In this document: positions 25,601 through 40,600 of the stretch, one piece after another
How the letters are laid out: the number at the start of each line of letters is the position of its first letter
Numbering within the stretch: position 1 is the first letter of the stretch
Assembly (NCBI RefSeq): GCF_009914755.1
Contig: NC_060942.1
Direction: 5' to 3' (one strand)
Source: the human T2T-CHM13v2.0 reference genome, Homo sapiens
DNA length: 64,000 nt
Program-made: the position numbers and the translations under genes
Notes under the pieces: model-generated
What the model was told of the DNA's origin: nothing
Database searches by the model: none
Seen by the model: only the letters and a program-made list of their open reading frames with translations

Positions 25601-28600
25601 TGGAAGTGGACATTTGTTGCGCTTTCAGGCCTATGTTGGAAAGGGAAATATCTTCCCGTAACAACTAGGCAGAAGCATTCTCAGAAACTTATTTGAGATG
25701 TGTGTACTCAACTAAGAGAATTGAACCACCGTTTTGAAGGAGCAGTTTGGAAACACTCTTTTTCTGGAATCTGCAAGAGGATATTTGCCTAGCTTTGAGG
25801 ATTTCGTTGGAAAAGGGATTGTCTTCAGATCAAATCTAGACAGAAGCATTCTCAGAAACTTCTTTGGGATGTTTGCATTCAAGTCACAGAGTAGAACATT
25901 CCTTTGGTAGAGCAGGTTTGAAACACTCTTTTTTTAGTATATGGAAGTGGACATTTGGAGCGCTTTCAGGCCTACGTTGGAAAAGGAAATATCTTCCCAT
26001 AACAACTAGACAGAAGCATTCTCAGAAACTAGTTTCTGATGTGTGTCCTCAACTAACACAGTTGAACATTTCTTTAGACAGAACAGTTTTGAAACACTCT
26101 TTTTGTGGAATCTGCAAGTGGATATTTGGCTAGATTTGAGGATTTCGTTGGAAACGGGATTACATATAAAAAGCAGACAGCAGCATTCTCAGAAACTTCT
26201 TTGTGATGATTGCATTCAAGTCACAGAATTGAACATTCCCTTTCACAGAGCAGGTTTGAAACACTCTTTTTGTAGTGTGTGTAAGTGGACATTTGGAGCG
26301 CTTTCCGGCCTAAGGTGAACAAGGAAATATCTTCCCATAAAAACTAGACAGAAGCATTCTCAGAAACTTACTCGTGATGTGTGTCCTCAACTAAAGGAGT
26401 AGAACCTTTCTTTTCATAGAGAAGTTTTGAAACGCTCTTTTTGTGGAATCTGCAAGTGGATATTTGGCTAGTTTGGAGGATTTCGTTGGAAGCGGGAATT
26501 CATACAAGATGCAGACTGCAGCGTTCTGAGAAACATCTTTGTGATGTTTGTATTCAGGACACAGAGTTGAACATTCCCTATCATAGAGCAGGTTTGAATC
26601 ACTCCTTTTGTAGTATCTGGAAGTGGACATTTGGAGCGCTTTCAGGCCTATGTTGGAAAAGGAAATATCTTCCCATAACAACTAGACAGAAGCATTCCCA
26701 GAAACTTATTTGAGATGTGTGTACTCAACTAAGAGAATTGAACCACCGTTTTGAAGGAGCAGTTTGGAAACACTCTTTTTCTGGAATCTGCAAGTGGATA
26801 TTTGGCTAGCTTTGGGGATTTCGCTGGAAGCGGGAATACATATAAAAAGCACACAGCAGCGTTCTGAGAAACTGCTTTCTGATGTTTGCATTCAAGTCAA
26901 AAGTTGAACACTCCCTTTCATAGAGCAGTCTTGAAACACCCCTTTTGTAGTATCTGGAACTGGAAATTTGGAGCGCTTTCAGGGCTAAGGTGAAAAAGGA
27001 AATATCTTCCCATAAAAACTGGACAGAAGCATTCTCAGAAACTTGTTTATGCTGTATCTGCTCAACTAACAAAGTTGAACCTTTCTTTTGATAGAGCAGT
27101 TTTGAAATGCTCTTTTTGTGGAATCTGCAAGTGGATATTTGGCTAGTTTTGAGGATTTCGTTGGAAGCGGGAATTCATACAAATTGCAGACTGCAGCGTT
27201 CTGAGAAACATCTTTGTGATGTTTGTATTCAGGACACAGAGTTGAACATTCCCTATCATAGAGCAGGTTGGGATCACTCCTTTTGTAGTATCTGGAAGTG
27301 GACATTTGGAGCGCTTTCAGGCTTATGTTGAAAAAGGAAAAATCTTCCCATAACAACTAGACAGAAGCATTCTCAGAAACTTGTTGGTGATGTGTTTCCT
27401 CTACTGACAGAGTTGAACCTTTCTTTTCATAGAGCAGTTTCGAAACACTCTTTTTGTAGAATCTGCAAGAGGATATTTGCATAGCTCTGAGGATTTCGTG
27501 GGAAACGGGATTGTCTTCAGGTAAAATCTAGACAGAAGCATTCTCAGAAACTTCTTCGGGATGTTTGCATTCAACTCACAGAGTAGAACATTCCCTTTGG
27601 TAGAGCAGGTTTGAAACACTCTTTTTGTCGTATCTGGAAGTGGACATTTGTTGCGCTTTCAGGCCTATGTTGGAAAGGGAAATATCTTCCCGTAACAACT
27701 AGGCAGAAGCATTCTCAGAAACTTATTTGAGATGTGTGTACTCAACTAAGAGAATTGAACCACCGTTTTGAAGGAGCAGTTTGGAAACACTCTTTTTCTG
27801 GAATCTGCAAGAGGATATTTGCCTAGCTTTGAGGATTTCGTTGGAAAAGGGATTGTCTTCAGATCAAATCTAGACAGAAGCATTCTCAGAAACTTCTTTG
27901 GGATGTTTGCATTCAAGTCACAGAGTAGAACATTCCTTTGGTAGAGCAGGTTTGAAACACTCTTTTTTTAGTATATGGAAGTGGACATTTGGAGCGCTTT
28001 CAGGCCTACGTTGGAAAAGGAAATATCTTCCCATAACAACTAGACAGAAGCATTCTCAGAAACTAGTTTCTGATGTGTGTCCTCAACTAACACAGTTGAA
28101 CATTTCTTTAGACAGAACAGTTTTGAAACACTCTTTTTGTGGAATCTGCAAGTGGATATTTGGCTAGATTTGAGGATTTCGTTGGAAACGGGATTACATA
28201 TAAAAAGCAGACAGCAGCATTCTCAGAAACTTCTTTGTGATGATTGCATTCAAGTCACAGAATTGAACATTCCCTTTCACAGAGCAGGTTTGAAACACTC
28301 TTTTTGTAGTGTGTGTAAGTGGACATTTGGAGCGCTTTCCGGCCTAAGGTGAACAAGGAAATATCTTCCCATAAAAACTAGACAGAAGCATTCTCAGAAA
28401 CTTACTCGTGATGTGTGTCCTCAACTAAAGGAGTAGAACCTTTCTTTTCATAGAGAAGTTTTGAAACGCTCTTTTTGTGGAATCTGCAAGTGGATATTTG
28501 GCTAGTTTGGAGGATTTCGTTGGAAGCGGGAATTCATACAAGATGCAGACTGCAGCGTTCTGAGAAACATCTTTGTGATGTTTGTATTCAGGACACAGAG

Positions 28601-31600
28601 TTGAACATTCCCTATCATAGAGCAGGTTTGAATCACTCCTTTTGTAGTATCTGGAAGTGGACATTTGGAGCGCTTTCAGGCCTATGTTGGAAAAGGAAAT
28701 ATCTTCCCATAACAACTAGACAGAAGCATTCCCAGAAACTTATTTGAGATGTGTGTACTCAACTAAGAGAATTGAACCACCGTTTTGAAGGAGCAGTTTG
28801 GAAACACTCTTTTTCTGGAATCTGCAAGTGGATATTTGGCTAGCTTTGGGGATTTCGCTGGAAGCGGGAATACATATAAAAAGCACACAGCAGCGTTCTG
28901 AGAAACTGCTTTCTGATGTTTGCATTCAAGTCAAAAGTTGAACACTCCCTTTCATAGAGCAGTCTTGAAACACCCCTTTTGTAGTATCTGGAACTGGAAA
29001 TTTGGAGCGCTTTCAGGGCTAAGGTGAAAAAGGAAATATCTTCCCATAAAAACTGGACAGAAGCATTCTCAGAAACTTGTTTATGCTGTATCTGCTCAAC
29101 TAACAAAGTTGAACCTTTCTTTTGATAGAGCAGTTTTGAAATGCTCTTTTTGTGGAATCTGCAAGTGGATATTTGGCTAGTTTTGAGGATTTCGTTGGAA
29201 GCGGGAATTCATACAAATTGCAGACTGCAGCGTTCTGAGAAACATCTTTGTGATGTTTGTATTCAGGACACAGAGTTGAACATTCCCTATCATAGAGCAG
29301 GTTGGGATCACTCCTTTTGTAGTATCTGGAAGTGGACATTTGGAGCGCTTTCAGGCCTATGTTGAAAAAGGAAAAATCTTCCCATAACAACTAGACAGAA
29401 GCATTCTCAGAAACTTGTTGGTGATGTGTTTCCTCTACTGACAGAGTTGAACCTTTCTTTTCATAGAGCAGTTTCGAAACACTCTTTTTGTAGAATCTGC
29501 AAGAGGATATTTGCATAGCTCTGAGGATTTCGTGGGAAACGGGATTGTCTTCAGGTAAAATCTAGACAGAAGCATTCTCAGAAACTTCTTCGGGATGTTT
29601 GCATTCAAGTCACAGAGTAGAACATTCCCTTTGGTAGAGCAGGTTTGAAACACTCTTTTTGTCGTATCTGGAAGTGGACATTTGTTGCGCTTTCAGGCCT
29701 ATGTTGGAAAGGGAAATATCTTCCCGTAACAACTAGGCAGAAGCATTCTCAGAAACTTATTTGAGATGTGTGTACTCAACTAAGAGAATTGAACCACCGT
29801 TTTGAAGGAGCAGTTTGGAAACACTCTTTTTCTGGAATCTGCAAGAGGATATTTGCCTAGCTTTGAGGATTTCGTTGGAAAAGGGATTGTCTTCAGATCA
29901 AATCTAGACAGAAGCATTCTCAGAAACTTCTTTGGGATGTTTGCATTCAAGTCACAGAGTAGAACATTCCTTTGGTAGAGCAGGTTTGAAACACTCTTTT
30001 TTTAGTATATGGAAGTGGACATTTGGAGCGCTTTCAGGCCTACGTTGGAAAAGGAAATATCTTCCCATAACAACTAGACAGAAGCATTCTCAGAAACTAG
30101 TTTCTGATGTGTGTCCTCAACTAACACAGTTGAACATTTCTTTAGACAGAACAGTTTTGAAACACTCTTTTTGTGGAATCTGCAAGTGGATATTTGGCTA
30201 GATTTGAGGATTTCGTTGGAAACGGGATTACATATAAAAAGCAGACAGCAGCATTCTCAGAAACTTCTTTGTGATGATTGCATTCAAGTCACAGAATTGA
30301 ACATTCCCTTTCACAGAGCAGGTTTGAAACACTCTTTTTGTAGTGTGTGTAAGTGGACATTTGGAGCGCTTTCCGGCCTAAGGTGAACAAGGAAATATCT
30401 TCCCATAAAAACTAGACAGAAGCATTCTCAGAAACTTACTCGTGATGTGTGTCCTCAACTAAAGGAGTAGAACCTTTCTTTTCATAGAGAAGTTTTGAAA
30501 CGCTCTTTTTGTGGAATCTGCAAGTGGATATTTGGCTAGTTTGGAGGATTTCGTTGGAAGCGGGAATTCATACAAGATGCAGACTGCAGCGTTCTGAGAA
30601 ACATCTTTGTGATGTTTGTATTCAGGACACAGAGTTGAACATTCCCTATCATAGAGCAGGTTTGAATCACTCCTTTTGTAGTATCTGGAAGTGGACATTT
30701 GGAGCGCTTTCAGGCCTATGTTGGAAAAGGAAATATCTTCCCATAACAACTAGACAGAAGCATTCCCAGAAACTTATTTGAGATGTGTGTACTCAACTAA
30801 GAGAATTGAACCACCGTTTTGAAGGAGCAGTTTGGAAACACTCTTTTTCTGGAATCTGCAAGTGGATATTTGGCTAGCTTTGGGGATTTCGCTGGAAGCG
30901 GGAATACATATAAAAAGCACACAGCAGCGTTCTGAGAAACTGCTTTCTGATGTTTGCATTCAAGTCAAAAGTTGAACACTCCCTTTCATAGAGCAGTCTT
31001 GAAACACCCCTTTTGTAGTATCTGGAACTGGACATTTGGAGCGCTTTCAGGGCTAAGGTGAAAAAGGAAATATCTTCCCATAAAAACTGGACAGAAGCAT
31101 TCTCAGAAACTTGTTTATGCTGTATCTGCTCAACTAACAAAGTTGAACCTTTCTTTTGATAGAGCAGTTTTGAAATGCTCTTTTTGTGGAATCTGCAAGT
31201 GGATATTTGGCTAGTTTTGAGGATTTCGTTGGAAGCGGGAATTCATACAAATTGCAGACTGCAGCGTTCTGAGAAACATCTTTGTGATGTTTGTATTCAG
31301 GACACAGAGTTGAACATTCCCTATCATAGAGCAGGTTGGGATCACTCCTTTTGTAGTATCTGGAAGTGGACATTTGGAGCGCTTTCAGGCCTATGTTGAA
31401 AAAGGAAAAATCTTCCCATAACAACTAGACAGAAGCATTCTCAGAAACTTGTTGGTGATGTGTTTCCTCTACTGACAGAGTTGAACCTTTCTTTTCATAG
31501 AGCAGTTTTGAAACACTCTTTTTGTAGAATCTGCAAGAGGATATTTGCATAGCTCTGAGGATTTCGTGGGAAACGGGATTGTCTTCAGGTAAAATCTAGA

Positions 31601-34600
31601 CAGAAGCATTCTCAGAAACTTCTTCGGGATGTTTGCATTCAAGTCACAGAGTAGAACATTCCCTTTGGTAGAGCAGGTTTGAAACACTCTTTTTGTCGTA
31701 TCTGGAAGTGGACATTTGTTGCGCTTTCAGGCCTATGTTGGAAAGGGAAATATCTTCCCGTAACAACTAGGCAGAAGCATTCTCAGAAACTTATTTGAGA
31801 TGTGTGTACTCAACTAAGAGAATTGAACCACCGTTTTGAAGGAGCAGTTTGGAAACACTCTTTTTCTGGAATCTGCAAGAGGATATTTGCCTAGCTTTGA
31901 GGATTTCGTTGGAAAAGGGATTGTCTTCAGATCAAATCTAGACAGAAGCATTCTCAGAAACTTCTTTGGGATGTTTGCATTCAAGTCACAGAGTAGAACA
32001 TTCCTTTGGTAGAGCAGGTATGAAACACTCTTTTTTTAGTATATGGAAGTGGACATTTGGAGCGCTTTCAGGCCTACGTTGGAAAAGGAAATATCTTCCC
32101 ATAACAACTAGACAGAAGCATTCTCAGAAACTAGTTTCTGATGTGTGTCCTCAACTAACACAGTTGAACATTTCTTTAGACAGAACAGTTTTGAAACACT
32201 CTTTTTGTGGAATCTGCAAGTGGATATTTGGCTAGATTTGAGGATTTCGTTGGAAACGGGATTACATATAAAAAGCAGACAGCAGCATTCTCAGAAACTT
32301 CTTTGTGATGATTGCATTCAAGTCACAGAATTGAACATTCCCTTTCACAGAGCAGGTTTGAAACACTCTTTTTGTAGTGTGTGTAAGTGGACATTTGGAG
32401 CGCTTTCCGGCCTAAGGTGAACAAGGAAATATCTTCCCATAAAAACTAGACAGAAGCATTCTCAGAAACTTACTCGTGATGTGTGTCCTCAACTAAAGGA
32501 GTAGAACCTTTCTTTTCATAGAGAAGTTTTGAAACGCTCTTTTTGTGGAATCTGCAAGTGGATATTTGGCTAGTTTGGAGGATTTCGTTGGAAGCGGGAA
32601 TTCATACAAGATGCAGACTGCAGCGTTCTGAGAAACATCTTTGTGATGTTTGTATTCAGGACACAGAGTTGAACATTCCCTATCATAGAGCAGGTTTGAA
32701 TCACTCCTTTTGTAGTATCTGGAAGTGGACATTTGGAGCGCTTTCAGGCCTATGTTGGAAAAGGAAATATCTTCCCATAACAACTAGACAGAAGCATTCC
32801 CAGAAACTTATTTGAGATGTGTGTACTCAACTAAGAGAATTGAACCACCGTTTTGAAGGAGCAGTTTGGAAACACTCTTTTTCTGGAATCTGCAAGTGGA
32901 TATTTGGCTAGCTATGGGGATTTCGCTGGAAGCGGGAATACATATAAAAAGCACACAGCAGCGTTCTGAGAAACTGCTTTCTGATGTTTGCATTCAAGTC
33001 AAAAGTTGAACACTCCCTTTCATAGAGCAGTCTTGAAACACCCCTTTTGTAGTATCTGGAACTGGACATTTGGAGCGCTTTCAGGGCTAAGGTGAAAAAG
33101 GAAATATCTTCCCATAAAAACTGGACAGAAGCATTCTCAGAAACTTGTTTATGCTGTATCTGCTCAACTAACAAAGTTGAACCTTTCTTTTGATAGAGCA
33201 GTTTTGAAATGCTCTTTTTGTGGAATCTGCAAGTGGATATTTGGCTAGTTTTGAGGATTTCGTTGGAAGCGGGAATTCATACAAATTGCAGACTGCAGCG
33301 TTCTGAGAAACATCTTTGTGATGTTTGTATTCAGGACACAGAGTTGAACATTCCCTATCATAGAGCAGGTTGGGATCACTCCTTTTGTAGTATCTGGAAG
33401 TGGACATTTGGAGCGCTTTCAGGCCTATGTTGAAAAAGGAAAAATCTTCCCATAACAACTAGACAGAAGCATTCTCAGAAACTTGTTGGTGATGTGTTTC
33501 CTCTACTGACAGAGTTGAACCTTTCTTTTCATAGAGCAGTTTCGAAACACTCTTTTTGTAGAATCTGCAAGAGGATATTTGCATAGCTCTGAGGATTTCG
33601 TGGGAAACGGGATTGTCTTCAGGTAAAATCTAGACAGAAGCATTCTCAGAAACTTCTTCGGGATGTTTGCATTCAAGTCACAGAGTAGAACATTCCCTTT
33701 GGTAGAGCAGGTTTGAAACACTCTTTTTGTCGTATCTGGAAGTGGACATTTGTTGCGCTTTCAGGTCTATGTTGGAAAGGGAAATATCTTCCCGTAACAA
33801 CTAGGCAGAAGCATTCTCAGAAACTTATTTGAGATGTGTGTACTCAACTAAGAGAATTGAACCACCGTTTTGAAGGAGCAGTTTGGAAACACTCTTTTTC
33901 TGGAATCTGCAAGAGGATATTTGCCTAGCTTTGAGGATTTCGTTGGAAAAGGGATTGTCTTCAGATCAAATCTAGACAGAAGCATTCTCAGAAACTTCTT
34001 TGGGATGTTTGCATTCAAGTCACAGAGTAGAACATTCCTTTGGTAGAGCAGGTTTGAAACACTCTTTTTTTAGTATATGGAAGTGGACATTTGGAGCGCT
34101 TTCAGGCCTACGTTGGAAAAGGAAATATCTTCCCATAACAACTAGACAGAAGCATTCTCAGAAACTAGTTTCTGATGTGTGTCCTCAACTAACACAGTTG
34201 AACATTTCTTTAGACAGAACAGTTTTGAAACACTCTTTTTGTGGAATCTGCAAGTGGATATTTGGCTAGATTTGAGGATTTCGTTGGAAACGGGATTACA
34301 TATAAAAAGCAGACAGCAGCATTCTCAGAAACTTCTTTGTGATGATTGCATTCAAGTCACAGAATTGAACATTCCCCTTCACAGAGCAGGTTTGAAACAC
34401 TCTTTTTGTAGTGTGTGTAAGTGGACATTTGGAGCGCTTTCCGGCCTAAGGTGAACAAGGAAATATCTTCCCATAAAAACTAGACAGAAGCATTCTCAGA
34501 AACTTACTCGTGATGTGTGTCCTCAACTAAAGGAGTAGAACCTTTCTTTTCATAGAGAAGTTTTGAAACGCTCTTTTTGTGGAATCTGCAAGTGGATATT

Positions 34601-37600
34601 TGGCTAGTTTGGAGGATTTCGTTGGAAGCGGGAATTCATACAAGATGCAGACTGCAGCGTTCTGAGAAACATCTTTGTGATGTTTGTATTCAGGACACAG
34701 AGTTGAACATTCCCTATCATAGAGCAGGTTTGAATCACTCCTTTTGTAGTATCTGGAAGTGGACATTTGGAGCGCTTTCAGGCCTATGTTGGAAAAGGAA
34801 ATATCTTCCCATAACAACTAGACAGAAGCATTCCCAGAAACTTATTTGAGATGTGTGTACTCAACTAAGAGAATTGAACCACCGTTTTGAAGGAGCAGTT
34901 TGGAAACACTCTTTTTCTGGAATCTGCAAGTGGATATTTGGCTAGCTTTGGGGATTTCGCTGGAAGCGGGAATACATATAAAAAGCACACAGCAGCGTTC
35001 TGAGAAACTGCTTTCTGATGTTTGCATTCAAGTCAAAAGTTGAACACTCCCTTTCATAGAGCAGTCTTGAAACACCCCTTTTGTAGTATCTGGAACTGGA
35101 AATTTGGAGCGCTTTCAGGGCTAAGGTGAAAAAGGAAATATCTTCCCATAAAAACTGGACAGAAGCATTCTCAGAAACTTGTTTATGCTGTATCTGCTCA
35201 ACTAACAAAGTTGAACCTTTCTTTTGATAGAGCAGTTTTGAAATGCTCTTTTTGTGGAATCTGCAAGTGGATATTTGGCTAGTTTTGAGGATTTCGTTGG
35301 AAGCGGGAATTCATACAAATTGCAGACTGCAGCGTTCTGAGAAACATCTTTGTGATGTTTGTATTCAGGACACAGAGTTGAACATTCCCTATCATAGAGC
35401 AGGTTGGGATCACTCCTTTTGTAGTATCTGGAAGTGGACATTTGGAGCGCTTTCAGGCCTATGTTGAAAAAGGAAAAATCTTCCCATAACAACTAGACAG
35501 AAGCATTCTCAGAAACTTGTTGGTGATGTGTTTCCTCTACTGACAGAGTTGAACCTTTCTTTTCATAGAGCAGTTTCGAAACACTCTTTTTGTAGAATCT
35601 GCAAGAGGATATTTGCATAGCTCTGAGGATTTCGTGGGAAACGGGATTGTCTTCAGGTAAAATCTAGACAGAAGCATTCTCAGAAACTTCTTCGGGGTGT
35701 TTGCATTCAAGTCACAGAGTAGAACATTCCCTTTGGTAGAGCAGGTTTGAAACACTCTTTTTGTCGTATCTGGAAGTGGACATTTGTTGCGCTTTCAGGC
35801 CTATGTTGGAAAGGGAAATATCTTCCCGTAACAACTAGGCAGAAGCATTCTCAGAAACTTATTTGAGATGTGTGTACTCAACTAAGAGAATTGAACCACC
35901 GTTTTGAAGGAGCAGTTTGGAAACACTCTTTTTCTGGAATCTGCAAGAGGATATTTGCCTAGCTTTGAGGATTTCGTTGGAAAAGGGATTGTCTTCAGAT
36001 CAAATCTAGACAGAAGCATTCTCAGAAACTTCTTTGGGATGTTTGCATTCAAGTCACAGAGTAGAACATTCCTTTGGTAGAGCAGGTTTGAAACACTCTT
36101 TTTTTAGTATATGGAAGTGGACATTTGGAGCGCTTTCAGGCCTACGTTGGAAAAGGAAATATCTTCCCATAACAACTAGACAGAAGCATTCTCAGAAACT
36201 AGTTTCTGATGTGTGTCCTCAACTAACACAGTTGAACATTTCTTTAGACAGAACAGTTTTGAAACACTCTTTTTGTGGAATCTGCAAGTGGATATTTGGC
36301 TAGATTTGAGGATTTCGTTGGAAACGGGATTACATATAAAAAGCAGACAGCAGCATTCTCAGAAACTTCTTTGTGATGATTGCATTCAAGTCACAGAATT
36401 GAACATTCCCCTTCACAGAGCAGGTTTGAAACACTCTTTTTGTAGTGTGTGTAAGTGGACATTTGGAGCGCTTTCCGGCCTAAGGTGAACAAGGAAATAT
36501 CTTCCCATAAAAACTAGACAGAAGCATTCTCAGAAACTTACTCGTGATGTGTGTCCTCAACTAAAGGAGTAGAACCTTTCTTTTCATAGAGAAGTTTTGA
36601 AACGCTCTTTTTGTGGAATCTGCAAGTGGATATTTGGCTAGTTTGGAGGATTTCGTTGGAAGCGGGAATTCATACAAGATGCAGACTGCAGCGTTCTGAG
36701 AAACATCTTTGTGATGTTTGTATTCAGGACACAGAGTTGAACATTCCCTATCATAGAGCAGGTTTGAATCACTCCTTTTGTAGTATCTGGAAGTGGACAT
36801 TTGGAGCGCTTTCAGGCCTATGTTGGAAAAGGAAATATCTTCCCATAACAACTAGACAGAAGCATTCCCAGAAACTTATTTGAGATGTGTGTACTCAACT
36901 AAGAGAATTGAACCACCGTTTTGAAGGAGCAGTTTGGAAACACTCTTTTTCTGGAATCTGCAAGTGGATATTTGGCTAGCTTTGGGGATTTCGCTGGAAG
37001 CGGGAATACATATAAAAAGCACACAGCAGCGTTCTGAGAAACTGCTTTCTGATGTTTGCATTCAAGTCAAAAGTTGAACACTCCCTTTCATAGAGCAGTC
37101 TTGAAACACCCCTTTTGTAGTATCTGGAACTGGAAATTTGGAGCGCTTTCAGGGCTAAGGTGAAAAAGGAAATATCTTCCCATAAAAACTGGACAGAAGC
37201 ATTCTCAGAAACTTGTTTATGCTGTATCTGCTCAACTAACAAAGTTGAACCTTTCTTTTGATAGAGCAGTTTTGAAATGCTCTTTTTGTGGAATCTGCAA
37301 GTGGATATTTGGCTAGTTTTGAGGATTTCGTTGGAAGCGGGAATTCATACAAATTGCAGACTGCAGCGTTCTGAGAAACATCTTTGTGATGTTTGTATTC
37401 AGGACACAGAGTTGAACATTCCCTATCATAGAGCAGGTTGGGATCACTCCTTTTGTAGTATCTGGAAGTGGACATTTGGAGCGCTTTCAGGCCTATGTTG
37501 AAAAAGGAAAAATCTTCCCATAACAACTAGACAGAAGCATTCTCAGAAACTTGTTGGTGATGTGTTTCCTCTACTGACAGAGTTGAACCTTTCTTTTCAT

Positions 37601-40600
37601 AGAGCAGTTTCGAAACACTCTTTTTGTAGAATCTGCAAGAGGATATTTGCATAGCTCTGAGGATTTCGTGGGAAACGGGATTGTCTTCAGGTAAAATCTA
37701 GACAGAAGCATTCTCAGAAACTTCTTCGGGGTGTTTGCATTCAAGTCACAGAGTAGAACATTCCCTTTGGTAGAGCAGGTTTGAAACACTCTTTTTGTCG
37801 TATCTGGAAGTGGACATTTGTTGCGCTTTCAGGCCTATGTTGGAAAGGGAAATATCTTCCCGTAACAACTAGGCAGAAGCATTCTCAGAAACTTATTTGA
37901 GATGTGTGTACTCAACTAAGAGAATTGAACCACCGTTTTGAAGGAGCAGTTTGGAAACACTCTTTTTCTGGAATCTGCAAGAGGATATTTGCCTAGCTTT
38001 GAGGATTTCGTTGGAAAAGGGATTGTCTTCAGATCAAATCTAGACAGAAGCATTCTCAGAAACTTCTTTGGGATGTTTGCATTCAAGTCACAGAGTAGAA
38101 CATTCCTTTGGTAGAGCAGGTTTGAAACACTCTTTTTTTAGTATATGGAAGTGGACATTTGGAGCGCTTTCAGGCCTACGTTGGAAAAGGAAATATCTTC
38201 CCATAACAACTAGACAGAAGCATTCTCAGAAACTAGTTTCTGATGTGTGTCCTCAACTAACACAGTTGAACATTTCTTTAGACAGAACAGTTTTGAAACA
38301 CTCTTTTTGTGGAATCTGCAAGTGGATATTTGGCTAGATTTGAGGATTTCGTTGGAAACGGGATTACATATAAAAAGCAGACAGCAGCATTCTCAGAAAC
38401 TTCTTTGTGATGATTGCATTCAAGTCACAGAATTGAACATTCCCTTTCACAGAGCAGGTTTGAAACACTCTTTTTGTAGTGTGTGTAAGTGGACATTTGG
38501 AGCGCTTTCCGGCCTAAGGTGAACAAGGAAATATCTTCCCATAAAAACTAGACAGAAGCATTCTCAGAAACTTACTCGTGATGTGTGTCCTCAACTAAAG
38601 GAGTAGAACCTTTCTTTTCATAGAGAAGTTTTGAAACGCTCTTTTTGTGGAATCTGCAAGTGGATATTTGGCTAGTTTGGAGGATTTCGTTGGAAGCGGG
38701 AATTCATACAAGATGCAGACTGCAGCGTTCTGAGAAACATCTTTGTGATGTTTGTATTCAGGACACAGAGTTGAACATTCCCTATCATAGAGCAGGTTTG
38801 AATCACTCCTTTTGTAGTATCTGGAAGTGGACATTTGGAGCGCTTTCAGGCCTATGTTGGAAAAGGAAATATCTTCCCATAACAACTAGACAGAAGCATT
38901 CCCAGAAACTTATTTGAGATGTGTGTACTCAACTAAGAGAATTGAACCACCGTTTTGAAGGAGCAGTTTGGAAACACTCTTTTTCTGGAATCTGCAAGTG
39001 GATATTTGGCTAGCTATGGGGATTTCGCTGGAAGCGGGAATACATATAAAAAGCACACAGCAGCGTTCTGAGAAACTGCTTTCTGATGTTTGCATTCAAG
39101 TCAAAAGTTGAACACTCCCTTTCATAGAGCAGTCTTGAAACACCCCTTTTGTAGTATCTGGAACTGGACATTTGGAGCGCTTTCAGGGCTAAGGTGAAAA
39201 AGGAAATATCTTCCCATAAAAACTGGACAGAAGCATTCTCAGAAACTTGTTTATGCTGTATCTGCTCAACTAACAAAGTTGAACCTTTCTTTTGATAGAG
39301 CAGTTTTGAAATGCTCTTTTTGTGGAATCTGCAAGTGGATATTTGGCTAGTTTTGAGGATTTCGTTGGAAGCGGGAATTCATACAAATTGCAGACTGCAG
39401 CGTTCTGAGAAACATCTTTGTGATGTTTGTATTCAGGACACAGAGTTGAACATTCCCTATCATAGAGCAGGTTGGGATCACTCCTTTTGTAGTATCTGGA
39501 AGTGGACATTTGGAGCGCTTTCAGGCCTATGTTGAAAAAGGAAAAATCTTCCCATAACAACTAGACAGAAGCATTCTCAGAAACTTGTTGGTGATGTGTT
39601 TCCTCTACTGACAGAGTTGAACCTTTCTTTTCATAGAGCAGTTTCGAAACACTCTTTTTGTAGAATCTGCAAGAGGATATTTGCATAGCTCTGAGGATTT
39701 CGTGGGAAACGGGATTGTCTTCAGGTAAAATCTAGACAGAAGCATTCTCAGAAACTTCTTCGGGATGTTTGCATTCAAGTCACAGAGTAGAACATTCCCT
39801 TTGGTAGAGCAGGTTTGAAACACTCTTTTTGTCGTATCTGGAAGTGGACATTTGTTGCGCTTTCAGGTCTATGTTGGAAAGGGAAATATCTTCCCGTAAC
39901 AACTAGGCAGAAGCATTCTCAGAAACTTATTTGAGATGTGTGTACTCAACTAAGAGAATTGAACCACCGTTTTGAAGGAGCAGTTTGGAAACACTCTTTT
40001 TCTGGAATCTGCAAGAGGATATTTGCCTAGCTTTGAGGATTTCGTTGGAAAAGGGATTGTCTTCAGATCAAATCTAGACAGAAGCATTCTCAGAAACTTC
40101 TTTGGGATGTTTGCATTCAAGTCACAGAGCAGAACATTCCTTTGGTAGAGCAGGTTTGAAACACTCTTTTTTTAGTATATGGAAGTGGACATTTGGAGCG
40201 CTTTCAGGCCTACGTTGGAAAAGGAAATATCTTCCCATAACAACTAGACAGAAGCATTCTCAGAAACTAGTTTCTGATGTGTGTCCTCAACTAACACAGT
40301 TGAACATTTCTTTAGACAGAACAGTTTTGAAACACTCTTTTTGTGGAATCTGCAAGTGGATATTTGGCTAGATTTGAGGATTTCGTTGGAAACGGGATTA
40401 CATATAAAAAGCAGACAGCAGCATTCTCAGAAACTTCTTTGTGATGATTGCATTCAAGTCACAGAATTGAACATTCCCCTTCACAGAGCAGGTTTGAAAC
40501 ACTCTTTTTGTAGTGTGTGTAAGTGGACATTTGGAGCGCTTTCCGGCCTAAGGTGAACAAGGAAATATCTTCCCATAAAAACTAGACAGAAGCATTCTCA

